From: a virus
Lineage: Duplodnaviria; Heunggongvirae; Uroviricota; Caudoviricetes
Strand: one strand, 5' to 3'
Virus record (IMG/VR): IMGVR_UViG_2636415673_000001
Coordinates: 1-42,350 of that record
DNA length: 42,350 bases
The stretch's first letter is position 1. The number at the start of each line of letters is the position of its first letter. This document shows, piece by piece, positions 22,990 to 32,058 of this stretch. The translations under genes were made by a program, and so were the position numbers. The notes under the pieces are model-generated. The model worked only from the letters and a program-made list of their open reading frames with translations, was not told the origin of the DNA and ran no database searches.

Positions 22990-23457
22990 TCATCGAAGGC
23001 ATTGCGTCCTGATGTATTCCTGAAGCGTTCTCAGTGCTGTTTGGTCGCTGATGATTCCGTCCCGGATACCGAGAACGTTTCGTCCAGCAACTGGAGAGAG
23101 TTCGACGGTGGCATCATTGCCCATGCCGGAGGCGCTGGAGGTTTCGGCTGAGGATGGCACAGGGCATTTTCCTTTGACGAGCACCCGACCACCATTATCA
23201 AGCTTGCGCCGAAGAGCATCATTTTCAGCTTTCGCATCAGCTAACTCCTTCGTGTATTTTGCATCGAGCGCAGCAACATCACGCTGACGCATCTGCATGT
23301 CAGTAATTGCCGCGTTCGCCAGCTTCAGTTCTCTGACATTTTTGTCGCGCTGGGCTTTGTAGGCGATGGCGTTATCACGGTAATGATTAACAGCCCACGA
23401 CAGACAGACGACGATGCAGATAATCAGAGCGGAGATAATCGCGGTTACTCTGCTCAT
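22990..23457 (-). CDS. Rz: Spanin inner-membrane subunit Rz
   Basis: 155 aa; lambda Rz-like N-terminal TM and coiled coil. Confidence 0.9.
   Translation of the reverse strand: MSRVTAIISALIICIVVCLSWAVNHYRDNAIAYKAQRDKNVRELKLANAAITDMQMRQRDVAALDAKYTKELADAKAENDALRRKLDNGGRVLVKGKCPVPSSAETSSASGMGNDATVELSPVAGRNVLGIRDGIISDQTALRTLQEYIRTQCLR
23031..23237 (-). CDS. Rz1: Spanin outer-membrane lipoprotein Rz1 (embedded in Rz, +1 frame)
   Basis: Lipobox VVGCSS and Pro-rich stretch; fully embedded in Rz as in lambda. Confidence 0.8.
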   Translation of the reverse strand: MRKLKMMLFGASLIMVVGCSSKENALCHPQPKPPAPPAWAMMPPSNSLQLLDETFSVSGTESSATKQH

Positions 23458-23930
23458 ACCTCAATCTCTCTGACCGTTCCGCCAGCTTCTTTGAATTTTG
23501 CAATCAGGCTGTCAGCCTTATGCTCGAACTGACCGTAACCAGCCCCCGGCAGTGAAGCCCAGATATTGCTGCAACGGTCGATTGCCTGACGAATATCACC
23601 GCGATCAATCATCGGTAAAGCGCCACGCTCCTTAATCTGCTGCAATGCCACAGCGTCCTGACTTTTCGGAGAGAAATCTTTCAGTCCAAGCTGCTTACGG
23701 TAGGCATCCCACCAACGGGAAAGAAGCTGGTAACGTCCGGCTGCTGTTGATTTGAGTTTGGGGTTTAGCGTGACAAGTTTGCGAGGGTGATCGGAGTAAT
23801 CAGTGAATAGCTCTCCGCCAACAATGACGTCATAACCATGATTTCTGGTTTTCTGACGTCCGTTATCAGTTCCCTCTGACCACGCCAGCATATCGAGGAA
23901 CGCCTTACGTTGATTATTGATTTCCACCAT
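23454..23930 (-). CDS. R: Endolysin R (lytic transglycosylase)
   Basis: 158 aa matching lambda R. Confidence 0.95.
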   Translation of the reverse strand: MVEINNQRKAFLDMLAWSEGTDNGRQKTRNHGYDVIVGGELFTDYSDHPRKLVTLNPKLKSTAAGRYQLLSRWWDAYRKQLGLKDFSPKSQDAVALQQIKERGALPMIDRGDIRQAIDRCSNIWASLPGAGYGQFEHKADSLIAKFKEAGGTVREIEV

Positions 23931-24237
23931 CTTCTACTCCGGCTTTTTTAGCAGCGAAGCGTTTGATAAGCGAACCAATCGAGTCAGTACCGATGTAGCC
24001 GATGAACACGCTCGTTATATAAGCGAGATTGCTACTTAGTCCGGCGAAGTCGAGAAGGTCACGAATGAACCAGGCGATAATGGCGCACATCGTTGCGTCG
24101 ATTACTGTTTTTGTAAACGCACCGCCATTATATCTGCCGCGAAGGTACGCCATTGCAAACGCAAGGATTGCCCCGATGCCTTGTTCCTTTGCCGCGAGAA
24201 TGGCGGCTAACAGGTCATGTTTTTCTGGCATCTTCAT
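23914..24237 (-). CDS. S: Holin S (S107/S105 dual start)
   Basis: Matches lambda S; Met1-Lys2-Met3 dual-start motif present. Confidence 0.95.
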   Translation of the reverse strand: MKMPEKHDLLAAILAAKEQGIGAILAFAMAYLRGRYNGGAFTKTVIDATMCAIIAWFIRDLLDFAGLSSNLAYITSVFIGYIGTDSIGSLIKRFAAKKAGVEDGGNQ

Positions 24238-24479
24238 GTCTTACCCCCAATAAGGGGATTTGCTCTATTTAATTAGGAATAAGGTCGATTACTGATAGAA
24301 CAAATCCAGGCTACTGTGTTTAGTAATCAGATTTGTTCGTGACCGATATGCACGGGCAAAACGGCAGGAGGTTGTTAGCGCAGCCTCCTGCCACCCGCTT
24401 TCACGAAGATCATGTGTAGAAGGCCGCAGCGTAACTATCACTGATGAGTTCAGGATAGCCAGTGGCTACGGCTCAGTTA

Positions 24480-24555
24480 TGGTGCTGGTTAACGGACTTG
24501 AACCGCTACCCATTCGCTTACAAGGCGACTGCTCTACCATTGGAGCTAAACCAGC
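24480..24555 (-). tRNA. tRNA-Thr (anticodon UGU), phage-borne
   Basis: 76 nt folding by hand into a cloverleaf: 7-bp acceptor GCTGGTT/AACCAGC, D-stem GCTC/GAGC, anticodon loop CTTGTAA, T-loop TTCAAGT, encoded CCA; one G-A mismatch at top of anticodon stem. Confidence 0.65.
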
Positions 24556-24560
24556 ATATT

Positions 24561-24635
24561 TGGCGGGACAGCGTGGACTCGAACCACGATAAGAAGGTTA
24601 ACAGCCTTCCGTAATGACCTTTATACGACTGACCC
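24561..24635 (-). tRNA. tRNA-like gene, anticodon GUU (Asn); possibly degenerate
   Basis: 75 nt; anticodon arm GAAGG-CTGTTAA-CCTTC and T-arm CGTGG-TTCGAGT-CCACG perfect, encoded CCA, discriminator G; U-U mismatches in acceptor and D stems. Confidence 0.5.
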
Positions 24636-24640
24636 AAATA

Positions 24641-24665
24641 AAAAATCCCGAAACCGTTATGCAGG
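24641..24665 (-). terminator. tR' (late operon terminator, Q-antiterminated)
   Basis: Minus-strand ...gcataacggtttcgggattttttat matches remembered lambda tR'. Confidence 0.75.
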
Positions 24666-24822
24666 CTCTAACTATTACCTGCGAACTGTTTCGGGATTGC
24701 ATTTTACAGACCTCTCAGCCTGCGATGGTTGGAGTTCCAGACGATACGTCGAAGTGACCAACTAGGCGGAATCGGTAGTAAGCGCCGCCTCTTTTTATCT
24801 CACTACCACAACGAGCGAATTA
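24666..24822 (-). ncRNA. Short pR' leader transcript (lambda 6S-RNA equivalent), approximate bounds
   Basis: Region between pR' and tR' matches the lambda 6S RNA template as remembered; no ORF in the track. Confidence 0.45.
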
Positions 24823-24860
24823 ACCCATCGTTGGGTCAAATTTACCCAACTTTATTCAAA
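24823..24860 (-). promoter_or_regulatory. pR' late promoter with overlapping qut site
   Basis: Minus-strand TTGACT (24857..24852) - 17 nt - TAAATT (24834..24829), as in lambda pR'; directly downstream of Q. Confidence 0.7.
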
Positions 24861-24909
24861 AAGTCAATATCATGCCGTTAATATGTTGCCATCCGTGGCA
24901 ATCATGCTG

Positions 24910-25533
24910 CTAACGTGTGACCGCATTCAAAATGTTGTCTGCGATTGACTCTTCTTTGTGGCATTGCACCACCAGAGCGTCATACAGCGGCTTAACAGTG
25001 CGTGACCAGGTGGGTTGAGTAAGGTTGGGGATTAGCATCGTTACAGCGCGATATGCGGCGCTTGCAGGCATTCTTGAATAGCCGACGCCTTTGCATCTTC
25101 CGCACTCTTTCTCAACAACTCTCCCCCACTGCTCTGTTTTTGCTATATCAACCGCACGGCCTGTACCGTGACAATCTCTGCATCTTGCGCCCGGCGTCGC
25201 GGCACTACGGCAATAATCCGCATAAGCGAATGTTGCGAGCACTTGCAGTACCTTTGCCTTAGTATTTCCTTCGAGCTTTGCCACACCACGGTATTTCCCC
25301 GATACCTTGTGTGCAAATTGCATCAGATAGTTGATAGCCTTTTGTTTGTCGTTCTGGCTGAGTTCATGCTTACCGCAGAATGCAGCCATTCCGAATCCGG
25401 CTTGTGATTGTGCCATCCCCATAGCAGCCATCACATCAGTACCGGAAAGAGAGTCAGAAGCCGTGGCCCGTGGTGAGTCGCTCATCATCGGGCTTTTTGG
25501 CGAATGAAATTTAGCTACGCTTTCGAGTCTCAT
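24910..25533 (-). CDS. Q: Late antiterminator Q
   Basis: 207 aa essentially identical to remembered lambda Q. Confidence 0.95.
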   Translation of the reverse strand: MRLESVAKFHSPKSPMMSDSPRATASDSLSGTDVMAAMGMAQSQAGFGMAAFCGKHELSQNDKQKAINYLMQFAHKVSGKYRGVAKLEGNTKAKVLQVLATFAYADYCRSAATPGARCRDCHGTGRAVDIAKTEQWGRVVEKECGRCKGVGYSRMPASAAYRAVTMLIPNLTQPTWSRTVKPLYDALVVQCHKEESIADNILNAVTR

Positions 25534-25718
25534 GATCTTCCCCTTTTGCCCTGTTTGACCATCAGGACGCCGTTAACTATTACGTGACGCTCGCCTTTGC
25601 TGTCTCGGTTGTACTTGAGCACTGTTCCTCTTGCGCAGGAAAGCATCCTCGCCACTTCGGTCTGATTGCCTCGTGTCTGGATAAGAAGCTCTGGTATCGT
25701 TTGAATTGTGGCGTTCAT
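25530..25718 (-). CDS. ninH: NinH
   Basis: 62 aa; GNQTEVAR...RGTV..Y...IVN.VLMV matches lambda NinH. Confidence 0.8.
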   Translation of the reverse strand: MNATIQTIPELLIQTRGNQTEVARMLSCARGTVLKYNRDSKGERHVIVNGVLMVKQGKRGRS

Positions 25719-26077
25719 ACGTTCTCCAGTTCGGTGATTTTTATTCCAAGCCTTCCGCCTGGTACTTTCACACCACGAATTACGCGAATGTCATCGAATT
25801 GCTCGTCGTCTTCCGCAAATCCGGCGTGGATAAGGGAGTCGAGTAAACCTTTCAGGATGTTGTCGAGGTCGCGGCGGCGGGAGTCTGGAACGTCTGCGAT
25901 TACTTTGATGCGGAGTCGTGATTTGGTGAAAATGTCTAACTTAAGTTGGCGGATGATTTGCTGAACGTCTTTTCGGTATTTCTGGCCTTTATCGCTGATG
26001 TAGTATTGGCTTCCTCGTCTTCGCCAGTAGGTATTCACCGACGGCGGGTATGGAAGCGCAAACTGATATTCGTTCAT
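25715..26077 (-). CDS. rusA: RusA Holliday-junction resolvase
   Basis: 120 aa; PDSRRRDLDN motif and overall RusA similarity; occupies the ninG slot. Confidence 0.85.
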   Translation of the reverse strand: MNEYQFALPYPPSVNTYWRRRGSQYYISDKGQKYRKDVQQIIRQLKLDIFTKSRLRIKVIADVPDSRRRDLDNILKGLLDSLIHAGFAEDDEQFDDIRVIRGVKVPGGRLGIKITELENV

Positions 26078-26364
26078 GGCTTAATCTTTCCCTCCTTCAG
26101 CAGTATCGCCTGCGTCCTGATCACGCCTTCGAGGTGGTAAAGTCTGGCGTCTTTGTTGTCGAGGTTATGGGTGCGTCGGTCGATTTCATCGTGACACGCA
26201 CTACAAGCCCATGCACCGATCAGGTCGTCAGGCTTCATTCCCGTTCCGCAAATTCCAGCCATCCGGTAATGTGCCAGAACTGTAGTTTCAGGGTTGCCAT
26301 TGCATACGCCGTAAATACGTACCTGGCATTCTCTGCCGCGTGCTTCTTTGCGTAGGTTAGCCAT
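26074..26364 (-). CDS. nin-region Cys-rich (zinc-finger-like) protein
   Basis: 96 aa with four spaced Cys; coupled to neighbours. Confidence 0.55.
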   Translation of the reverse strand: MANLRKEARGRECQVRIYGVCNGNPETTVLAHYRMAGICGTGMKPDDLIGAWACSACHDEIDRRTHNLDNKDARLYHLEGVIRTQAILLKEGKIKP

Positions 26365-26633
26365 TATGGTTCACTCCAGTAATTCTCAATTGCAGCAGCC
26401 ATTCTCTGCATCCACTCTGCCAGCTTTAACGCGGCTTCTCTTTCAGAACCACATTTAGGGAAATCCTTCATTTCCATGCTGGCCTTATATGTTCTGAATG
26501 CCAGGTCTCCGGTAATAACCAGCTCCTGATCAAGCACAGAGCGTTTATTCCGGTGTTGAACGTAATAGACAGATTCAGTCCGCATTTCTTCTCTGTCTTT
26601 TTTGAAGGAAATAAGCTCAGAGAAATCACTCAT
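26364..26633 (-). CDS. nin-region hypothetical protein
   Basis: 89-aa ORF in operon context. Confidence 0.5.
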   Translation of the reverse strand: MSDFSELISFKKDREEMRTESVYYVQHRNKRSVLDQELVITGDLAFRTYKASMEMKDFPKCGSEREAALKLAEWMQRMAAAIENYWSEP

Positions 26634-26838
26634 CGTCTTCTTCCTCGAACATTGAGCTATTCGGATCGCTCATCAGTTCTGCGCAGCAGTGCTCACATAC
26701 GTGAACTTCCAGCACATGCAGCTTCTGACCGCAATTAGCGCACGTTAAAGCCCGCTCGACGCTTTCTTGTTCGTAACTTCGATTTGGGTCAATCACCTTG
26801 TATTCCTCGCACGATGTCTTAGCCACCGGATATCCCAC
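26626..26838 (-). CDS. ninF: NinF-like protein
   Basis: C-terminal [38 protein letters not shown] matches lambda NinF; true start uncertain (overlaps ninE 3' end). Confidence 0.65.
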   Translation of the reverse strand: MGYPVAKTSCEEYKVIDPNRSYEQESVERALTCANCGQKLHVLEVHVCEHCCAELMSDPNSSMFEEEDDE

Positions 26839-26975
26839 AGGTGAGCCGTGTAGTTGAAGGTTTTTACGTCAGATTCTTTTGGGATTGGCTTGCGTTTATT
26901 TCTGGAGCGCTTCGTTGGAAGGTATTTGCAGTTTTCGCAGATGATGTCGGTGATACTTCGTCGCTGTCGTCTCAT
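26793..26975 (-). CDS. ninE: NinE
   Basis: 60 aa from internal ATG ([20 protein letters not shown]...) matching lambda NinE; ATGA overlap with ninB stop. Confidence 0.75.
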   Translation of the reverse strand: MRRQRRSITDIICENCKYLPTKRSRNKRKPIPKESDVKTFNYTAHLWDIRWLRHRARNTR

Positions 26976-27388
26976 TCGTACCTCCTGTCGGTAAATCTGA
27001 CACCCTGACCAATAGCCCATGCTGTCGTGTACTCAATCAGGCTTGCCATGCGCTTCACGCTCATCTGTGCGCTGCTTTCGCGAATGTTGACGTATTCACC
27101 TTCAAGGCCGGGCAAAACATCAGCTTCCTGTTTTGTTGCCACTGCATGACCGCTAATTAACAAAACCTTCCATTGTTCCGGTTTTAACCATTTGCCGCAC
27201 CATTGAACCTGACGAGCGATATCCGCCAGCATCGCGTGAAATTTTGCGTTCTGGTCAAGGTTGCGCTTGTAGTCAGTAATGCGGATGGTAACTGGCTTGT
27301 CTTTATCGAGTGGTGTTGCGAGGATGGCGTTGATTGCGGCTTGCTGTTGTTGTTTACCACGGAGGAAGATTGTTTGCTTCATCGTCAC
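26972..27388 (-). CDS. ninB: NinB (Orf-family recombination mediator)
   Basis: 138 aa; similarity to lambda NinB (DQN.K.....DI.RQV.W.G.WL). Confidence 0.8.
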   Translation of the reverse strand: MTMKQTIFLRGKQQQQAAINAILATPLDKDKPVTIRITDYKRNLDQNAKFHAMLADIARQVQWCGKWLKPEQWKVLLISGHAVATKQEADVLPGLEGEYVNIRESSAQMSVKRMASLIEYTTAWAIGQGVRFTDRRYE

Positions 27389-27699
27389 TCCTTCACTTTG
27401 ACTCCAACGGCGCGGATGTTTTCCTCATAAGCATCCATTCCATCGCCGAAGCCATTGGAATAATCAACAGTAAACCCTTTGGATAATGCTTCTCTGCTGT
27501 CGATAAACTTTGGCGCGGTTATTTCAATAGCTGCTCGTGATGCCTGCCATAAAGTCCACCACTCATTTAAGGAGTGACGAATATCCATACTTGAAAATGC
27601 GAAGTACCTATCACCATTTCTTGCCTCGGTTATCATCTCGAATGGTAATCTCAATTTTTTGGCAACGTATTCTTCAAACTGCTTTCTTGATTCGTCCAT
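27385..27699 (-). CDS. Hypothetical protein (head of nin region)
   Basis: 104-aa ORF, operon-coupled. Confidence 0.5.
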   Translation of the reverse strand: MDESRKQFEEYVAKKLRLPFEMITEARNGDRYFAFSSMDIRHSLNEWWTLWQASRAAIEITAPKFIDSREALSKGFTVDYSNGFGDGMDAYEENIRAVGVKVKE

Positions 27700-27710
27700 A
27701 TCAATCCCCG

Positions 27711-27911
27711 TTATGACAGGTTAATTTTCACCCAACCCTTCCCACGCACATTTGCAACAAGCCCTTTCTTTCTCAGGTATTGCATACGACGATCGATGGT
27801 TTCGATATACATTCCATTGCTCCGCCATTTAAGCCAGATATCAAAAACAGGTGTTGGTCTTTCACTCAGCATTGAAAGAATGTTTTGATCTAATTTTTCG
27901 TACTTGCTCAC
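27711..27911 (-). CDS. Small basic protein, possible winged-helix DNA-binding protein
   Basis: 66 aa; basic C-terminal half. Confidence 0.45.
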   Translation of the reverse strand: MSKYEKLDQNILSMLSERPTPVFDIWLKWRSNGMYIETIDRRMQYLRKKGLVANVRGKGWVKINLS

Positions 27912-28234
27912 AAATACCCTCTCTCACTTAATCGCGCCCACGCTTCGTTAAACTCTTCTCGGGTTGCGCCGGATTTTCTTTCTTCAAACATCATGCATTC
28001 GCTGATGTCTCCCCATGACTTTGGTCGCTTTTCAGCGAACAGATCATCCCATTCGAATACCCAGCGGCCTGATTTTCGGTAGTGGTAAATGGTCAGCCAT
28101 GTTGTGCTGTTCGCTGGATACCCATAGAGAACTTCGACTTTTTGATCACGGTCTTTATGCTTTTTCAGCAGGATAAAGCCAGCAACCAGCGAAGCTCCGG
28201 CAAGAATGATGATTGGAATTTGCCAGTCAGCCAC
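27908..28234 (-). CDS. Membrane-anchored hypothetical protein
   Basis: 108 aa; single N-terminal TM helix (IPIIILAGASLVAGFILL) then soluble domain. Confidence 0.5.
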   Translation of the reverse strand: MADWQIPIIILAGASLVAGFILLKKHKDRDQKVEVLYGYPANSTTWLTIYHYRKSGRWVFEWDDLFAEKRPKSWGDISECMMFEERKSGATREEFNEAWARLSERGYL

Positions 28235-28249
28235 ACTTCCCTCTCCCCC

Positions 28250-28280
28250 AAATAAAAAGGCCTGCGATTACCAGCAGGCC
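28250..28280 (-). terminator. Intrinsic terminator between replication and nin genes (tR2-like)
   Basis: ggcctgc...gcaggcc 7-bp stem then minus-strand UUUUUAUUU. Confidence 0.65.
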
Positions 28281-28310
28281 TGTTATTAGCTCAGTGATGT
28301 AGATGGTCAT

Positions 28311-30191
28311 TTAATACTCCGTCACGTTTTCCTGTCGCCACGCCTCGTCATATTCCGATTTCGGCATATTGGCGATGTAGCTATATGGCGATCCTGATTC
28401 AAGTTGCAGGAACTGGTGCGATTGCTCGTCAAGGAACAACGGGACACCACCTTCCCAACCTTCGCCGTTACGTTGTTTTTCAAGCATCAAAACAGATGCC
28501 GGAGATGCCAGTAGCTGTTCGTCCTTCTCTGACATCTTTTCACCACTCTGAACTCTCTGTAACGCTCTCTCGCGAGCCTTGTTACGCCAGATGATAAAAA
28601 GGTTGTCTGTCAGGTCTGTTATCGCTCCAGAGCCTTTTACGTCCATTTTCCCGGTTGGTTTTTCTTCGCTGTCTCCTTTTCTGGAGTGAGTAACGAGAAT
28701 GACGTGGGAGTTTGTTTTGTTTTTGAAGTCACAAATCGAGTCAACAAATGCTTTCTGCCCGTTATAGTCATCGTCACCTATGCCGCATTTCATCAGGCTG
28801 TCGATGATGAATAACTGGATGCCGTATCGGCGGCGAGCGTAGTCGAATATTTCGATCAGCCTGTCGGCTTTCGCCGTTCCGGTCAGGCCAAACACCCAGA
28901 GTCTTTCGTCATAAAATTTAAATGCAGAGTCAATTTCCAGCACTGGCGGCATCTTGCAGCACGTTGCCTGACGGGTAAGTCGCTTAAGGAGAATACCAGG
29001 CTTCAGCTCAAGTGACGCGATGCATGTCTTCACACCCTGACGCATTGCCTCAAGTGCCATATGCCCGACAACCTCCGTTTTTCCGTGACCGTTCACACCA
29101 TTGACCAGCGTCAACTCTGCCTCACGGAACTGGAATTTATCTGCCAGAGATTCCCACGGTGGATTAAACAGATACTGCTGCTTGCCGTAGAAAGCGTTGA
29201 TAGTGTCCTGGTAAAACTCTCGCGCGCTGTAGAGTTCTTCAGGGTCGAAGTAGGATGCCGTGCCGATGTACTGCCAGATTTCATCCTCGGTAACACCGTT
29301 CATCAGGCATTCGTTGATGTCTTTGTACGGCAGAGTAACAAGACGGCAACGATGTTCACCGAGTCGGCTTGCGATTTCCCTTGCGGCTTCACGACCAACA
29401 TCATCAACGTCCATCGAGATGAATATTTCCTCAAACCTGTCGAGGTTGTGATACTCAAACTCAATCCACTGTTGCTTAGCGCCTTTTCCTCCACCAAACG
29501 GCACGGATAACGCCGAGATGCCGTATTGCGCATAGCTCATACAATCAATTTCGCCTTCGCAAAGCACAACCGCCCTCACGCCAGCGTCCAGAGCCTGCCA
29601 TCCGAACAGACAAGGTTCACAATCACCTTCTGCCATAATGACTTTCTTCCCGTCCGGGCGCTCAGTGCTGATTCGCTTGACCTGCAACAACTCACCATCG
29701 CGTTTGTACGGAAGCACCAGTGCATCAAGTTCTCGTTCTCCATTCCACACCTTGCCGCTGACAACCTCGTAGCGCTTTACGACTTCTGGCGATATGCCAC
29801 GCGATTGCAGGTACTCAAGATGGGATTCTGTTCTGGTAACGTAGCGGGCTATTTTCTTGCGATCAGGTCTGGAGAATTTCTTCTCACGTTTGGCATCGAA
29901 ATGGTGATCGTCATCCTTGATACCGAGAAATGCTTTCGCTTCCTGCATAGCCTGATGCAGGTTAATTCCACGACATGCCATCCACAAATCAAGCATGTCA
30001 CCGCCGTCTCCCTCAGCGAAATCAGCCCATTTTTTCTTGCCGCTAAGATTGACCTTAAGGCTGTTTCCCTTGTCACCGTTGACGTTACCGGCAACCCACT
30101 CATGCCCCTCTTTCTTGCCGTTTGGCAACAGGTGCGGAGCCACCCTGTCAACCTGCGCCCAAAGCAGGTCGCTAAGTTCACTTGGCGTCAT
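28311..30191 (-). CDS. Bifunctional DNA primase/helicase (Toprim primase N-terminal, DnaB/RecA-like helicase C-terminal)
   Basis: 626 aa; Walker A NGVNGHGKT, Walker B-like LFIIDSL, N-terminal primase-like region. Confidence 0.8.
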   Translation of the reverse strand: MTPSELSDLLWAQVDRVAPHLLPNGKKEGHEWVAGNVNGDKGNSLKVNLSGKKKWADFAEGDGGDMLDLWMACRGINLHQAMQEAKAFLGIKDDDHHFDAKREKKFSRPDRKKIARYVTRTESHLEYLQSRGISPEVVKRYEVVSGKVWNGERELDALVLPYKRDGELLQVKRISTERPDGKKVIMAEGDCEPCLFGWQALDAGVRAVVLCEGEIDCMSYAQYGISALSVPFGGGKGAKQQWIEFEYHNLDRFEEIFISMDVDDVGREAAREIASRLGEHRCRLVTLPYKDINECLMNGVTEDEIWQYIGTASYFDPEELYSAREFYQDTINAFYGKQQYLFNPPWESLADKFQFREAELTLVNGVNGHGKTEVVGHMALEAMRQGVKTCIASLELKPGILLKRLTRQATCCKMPPVLEIDSAFKFYDERLWVFGLTGTAKADRLIEIFDYARRRYGIQLFIIDSLMKCGIGDDDYNGQKAFVDSICDFKNKTNSHVILVTHSRKGDSEEKPTGKMDVKGSGAITDLTDNLFIIWRNKARERALQRVQSGEKMSEKDEQLLASPASVLMLEKQRNGEGWEGGVPLFLDEQSHQFLQLESGSPYSYIANMPKSEYDEAWRQENVTEY

Positions 30192-30295
30192 GATTCCCTC
30201 AGATTGAGATTTTTAAACCAGAAATCGACAAATGAAATACTTAACCAGCCGTGGTTATAACCAGCGACCAGTAGCGATTTGATTTTTGATTTCAT
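30188..30295 (-). CDS. Small ORF translationally coupled to primase-helicase
   Basis: 35 codons; stop overlaps helicase ATG (ATGA); no RBS assessed. Confidence 0.25.
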   Translation of the reverse strand: MKSKIKSLLVAGYNHGWLSISFVDFWFKNLNLRES

Positions 30296-30298
30296 GGT

Positions 30299-31159
30299 TC
30301 ACCTGTCGAAAAACACGTAGCCAGTTTTCGATACGGTGATTGCGGATGATGGTTTGGATTGTGGTTGAATGGTTTCTGGCTTTTCGTCGTTCCAGCGTTG
30401 ACCGTTCAGGTAGCTCGATGGTAACAACCTGTCGAATCCGAACTGCTTACCATTCCTGCATGCGATGTCTTCTGCCAACATCGTGGCAAACTCGCTTGCC
30501 GTACCCCTGGTAGTTTTACGCCATTCCCTGAACTGTGTTCTGAATGCCGAAGCTGCGTTTTTCTTCCCGGCTTTCCGCATGCCTGCACACCAGAATATTT
30601 CCTCGAATGCCTTGTCGGTTTCTTCGTGACGGTCAGGTGATTTTTCACACTCCGTCCGAACACTTTCGGACATAGTGTTTTTATTATTTCTTTTTTCTTT
30701 TGTAATAGTTTCTTTTGTGTGTCCCTGTTTTGGTGACAGCGCTGTCACCGTTTTGGTGACACTTTTTGTCACCAATGCAGTGACATTATCACCAGAGTAG
30801 TGACACCCTTCGATTTGCCATTCCTCGATGTTCTTGTTAGGCCCGATTTGCTGGCCTTCGCGAAGGATAACCTTCATCGCGATAAGCTCATTCTTGGCCT
30901 TGTTTACCTTCTGTCTTGGCAGCCTGGTAATTTGAGCTAACTGACTATCAGAGATGCGATCCATCTTTTTACCGTAGCCGTATGTTTTACGGCATATGGC
31001 GTGGGCAACCTTGCTCTGATTTTTCGTTAAATCTGCGCCGATAAGCTCTTCATACAGGGCATTTGCAAGACGGGTATAACCATCTTCAACTTCTGCCACA
31101 CGACGCTCCACAGGCCGTTGTGAAGGCCTTAAATGTGTTACGGTTGCAAGATTACTCAT
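30299..31159 (-). CDS. Replication initiator, O / P22 gp18-like
   Basis: 286 aa; N-terminal similarity to lambda O and P22 gp18; AAGGAG RBS; origin repeats inside gene. Confidence 0.85.
   Translation of the reverse strand: MSNLATVTHLRPSQRPVERRVAEVEDGYTRLANALYEELIGADLTKNQSKVAHAICRKTYGYGKKMDRISDSQLAQITRLPRQKVNKAKNELIAMKVILREGQQIGPNKNIEEWQIEGCHYSGDNVTALVTKSVTKTVTALSPKQGHTKETITKEKRNNKNTMSESVRTECEKSPDRHEETDKAFEEIFWCAGMRKAGKKNAASAFRTQFREWRKTTRGTASEFATMLAEDIACRNGKQFGFDRLLPSSYLNGQRWNDEKPETIQPQSKPSSAITVSKTGYVFFDR
30676..30808. repeat. ori: Phage replication origin: AT-rich tract plus GTGAC-type iterons including an 18-bp perfect palindrome
   Basis: AT-rich 30676..30720, then ggtgacagcgctgtcacc (30732..30749) and about five more gtgaca/tgtcacc/tatcacc repeats at ~10-bp spacing, within the O-like gene. 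Confidence 0.7.
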
Positions 31160-31298
31160 GACCTTTCTCCTTCTGCATCAGCTTCACTTTTTCCAACTCA
31201 GCCCGGAATCGACCAGGCTGCTTGAAGCTGGACAGGAAGCGATCACGTAGTATGTGTTTGTGAATTTTGTCCTGGTAAGGACTGAGTTGTTTTGTCAT
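31152..31298 (-). CDS. Small hypothetical protein between cII and O
   Basis: 48 aa; ACAGGAG RBS; stop overlaps O-like start; translated by hand with no internal stop. Confidence 0.4.
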   Translation of the reverse strand: MTKQLSPYQDKIHKHILRDRFLSSFKQPGRFRAELEKVKLMQKEKGHE

Positions 31299-31332
31299 AA
31301 TTACTCCTGTGGATTGATCCAGTCTTTCTACA

Positions 31333-31614
31333 TCAGGCCTCGAAGAATTCGCCGTTCTTCGGGGCTTTTTCTTTTGTCAGGTAATTGGCAAGCCGCTTAG
31401 TCAATTCAGCCATTTCATCGTCTTCGATTCCGTATTCCAGAACAGCAAGCATCATGCTTACCTGCGAGAAGAAACCATTCTTCCATCGGCTTACCTGATA
31501 TTCAGGAACCCCCATTGCTCGAGCGAATGTCTTCTGCCCCATCAGTGCCAGTTTGTTCAGCAAGGCTGACTCGATGCGAGCCGCTTTCTTGCTTTTAGTT
31601 GCAATAGTACCCAT
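31333..31614 (-). CDS. cII: CII-like transcriptional activator
   Basis: 93 aa with lambda CII-like core (RIESALLNK...QISRWK...LAVLE); AAGGAA RBS. Confidence 0.8.
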   Translation of the reverse strand: MGTIATKSKKAARIESALLNKLALMGQKTFARAMGVPEYQVSRWKNGFFSQVSMMLAVLEYGIEDDEMAELTKRLANYLTKEKAPKNGEFFEA

Positions 31615-31690
31615 AGATAATTTCCTTAATGATTAGATAGAGTTGGCTTCGCAAAGAAACGCAAAACCATAGAGATTTGTTTCTGGTAAT

Positions 31691-31722
31691 GCCCTTTTTC
31701 AGGGCGGGGATGTGTAAGAGCG
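31691..31722 (-). promoter_or_regulatory. nutR: nutR (boxA + boxB)
   Basis: Minus-strand boxA cgctctta (31722..31715), 9-nt spacer, boxB gccctgaaaaagggc (31705..31691), as in lambda. Confidence 0.85.
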
Positions 31723-31730
31723 AGAATGTC

Positions 31731-31946
31731 TTAAGCGGCTTTGTGTTCCGGCGGGAACACGTCATCAAGACTGACTTTTGCACCTAACTTGTTTAGGCAC
31801 TCAACAAGAGCACGGCATGTTTTAAGGTCTGGGAAGCGACGACCAGATTCCCAATGTCCGATAGCTCCCTGTGTGCATCCAACTGCCTTAGCAAGTGTTG
31901 TTTGAGAGATATTCAGTGACTCTCGATATTTTCGTAGGTTGCTCAT
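31731..31946 (-). CDS. cro: Cro-like repressor (HTH)
   Basis: 71 aa from internal ATG with GGAGGG RBS; HTH QTTLAKAVGCTQGAIGHWESG; divergent from cI. Confidence 0.8.
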   Translation of the reverse strand: MSNLRKYRESLNISQTTLAKAVGCTQGAIGHWESGRRFPDLKTCRALVECLNKLGAKVSLDDVFPPEHKAA

Positions 31947-32058
31947 ATGCCCTCCATAGTAACCATGAAACAATAATACGATATGTACTTTTAGAATGCA
32001 AACAAAAAAATACATCTTGTGCATGGATGGTTTTAGTACAGAGCGTAATAATAAGGGT
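31947..32058. promoter_or_regulatory. oR / pR / pRM immunity control region
   Basis: 112-bp divergent intergenic region; repeated gtac/tttag-containing imperfect palindromes shared with the pL region; operators not resolved. Confidence 0.6.

Noticed and set aside
24254-24909. Possible toxin (stx-like) or other cargo ORF between Q and the lysis genes
   Set aside because: No ORF of at least 60 aa exists here; the interval is fully accounted for by pR', the leader, tR', the two tRNA-like genes and lambda-like S upstream sequence.
31595-31783. 62-aa minus-strand track ORF spanning the cro-cII intergenic region
   Set aside because: It overlaps nutR and the cro 3' end out of frame; this region is regulatory RNA, not coding.
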